Assembly: GCA_963666835.2 (NCBI GenBank)
Contig: CAXXGO010000001.1
Coordinates: 256,001 to 320,000, forward strand
DNA from: Phycisphaerae bacterium
Lineage (GTDB): Bacteria > Planctomycetota > Phycisphaerae > UBA1845
Direction of reading: 5' to 3'
DNA: 64,000 nt
Positions 63,971-64,000 of the stretch are shown in pieces. Below the pieces are notes generated by a model. It was given only the letters and a program-made list of their open reading frames with translations. It was not told the DNA's origin and ran no database searches. Position numbers and translations under genes: made by a program. Each line of letters starts with the position of its first letter. Positions within the stretch are counted from its first letter, which is position 1.

Positions 63971-64000
63971 GGTTCTATCCCCTCACAACTCCCGGTCGCG

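Overview
GC-rich bacterial chromosomal window. It is most consistent with a Planctomycetota (Phycisphaerae-like) genome; this is inferred from the HTH_17-receiver regulator, the TIGR02999-type ECF sigma/Ser-Thr kinase pair, IPTL-CTERM and dockerin proteins, and CGYDLxGNxSGxCPECG membrane proteins. Housekeeping genes: queF, xerD, tRNA-Ala(GGC), guaB, guaA, lexA, gatC/gatA and an M32 carboxypeptidase. Accessory content: (1) a translationally coupled array of five paralogous membrane-protein cassettes with constant ends and variable middles, bracketed by ~580-bp direct repeats next to xerD; (2) a cluster of secreted cohesin/dockerin and Cys/Asp-repeat surface proteins carrying two kinds of C-terminal sorting signal, next to a CPBP protease; (3) an oxidative-stress block (PerR-like regulator, bacterioferritin, catalase, a UGA/SECIS selenocysteine peroxiredoxin, a ferritin-like protein); (4) about 22 GTAG-type REP copies, other palindromic repeats and several IS remnants. 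At least one probable single-base assembly indel (gatC) means frameshift-based claims need read-level confirmation. All calls come from reading motifs by eye; no database search was run.
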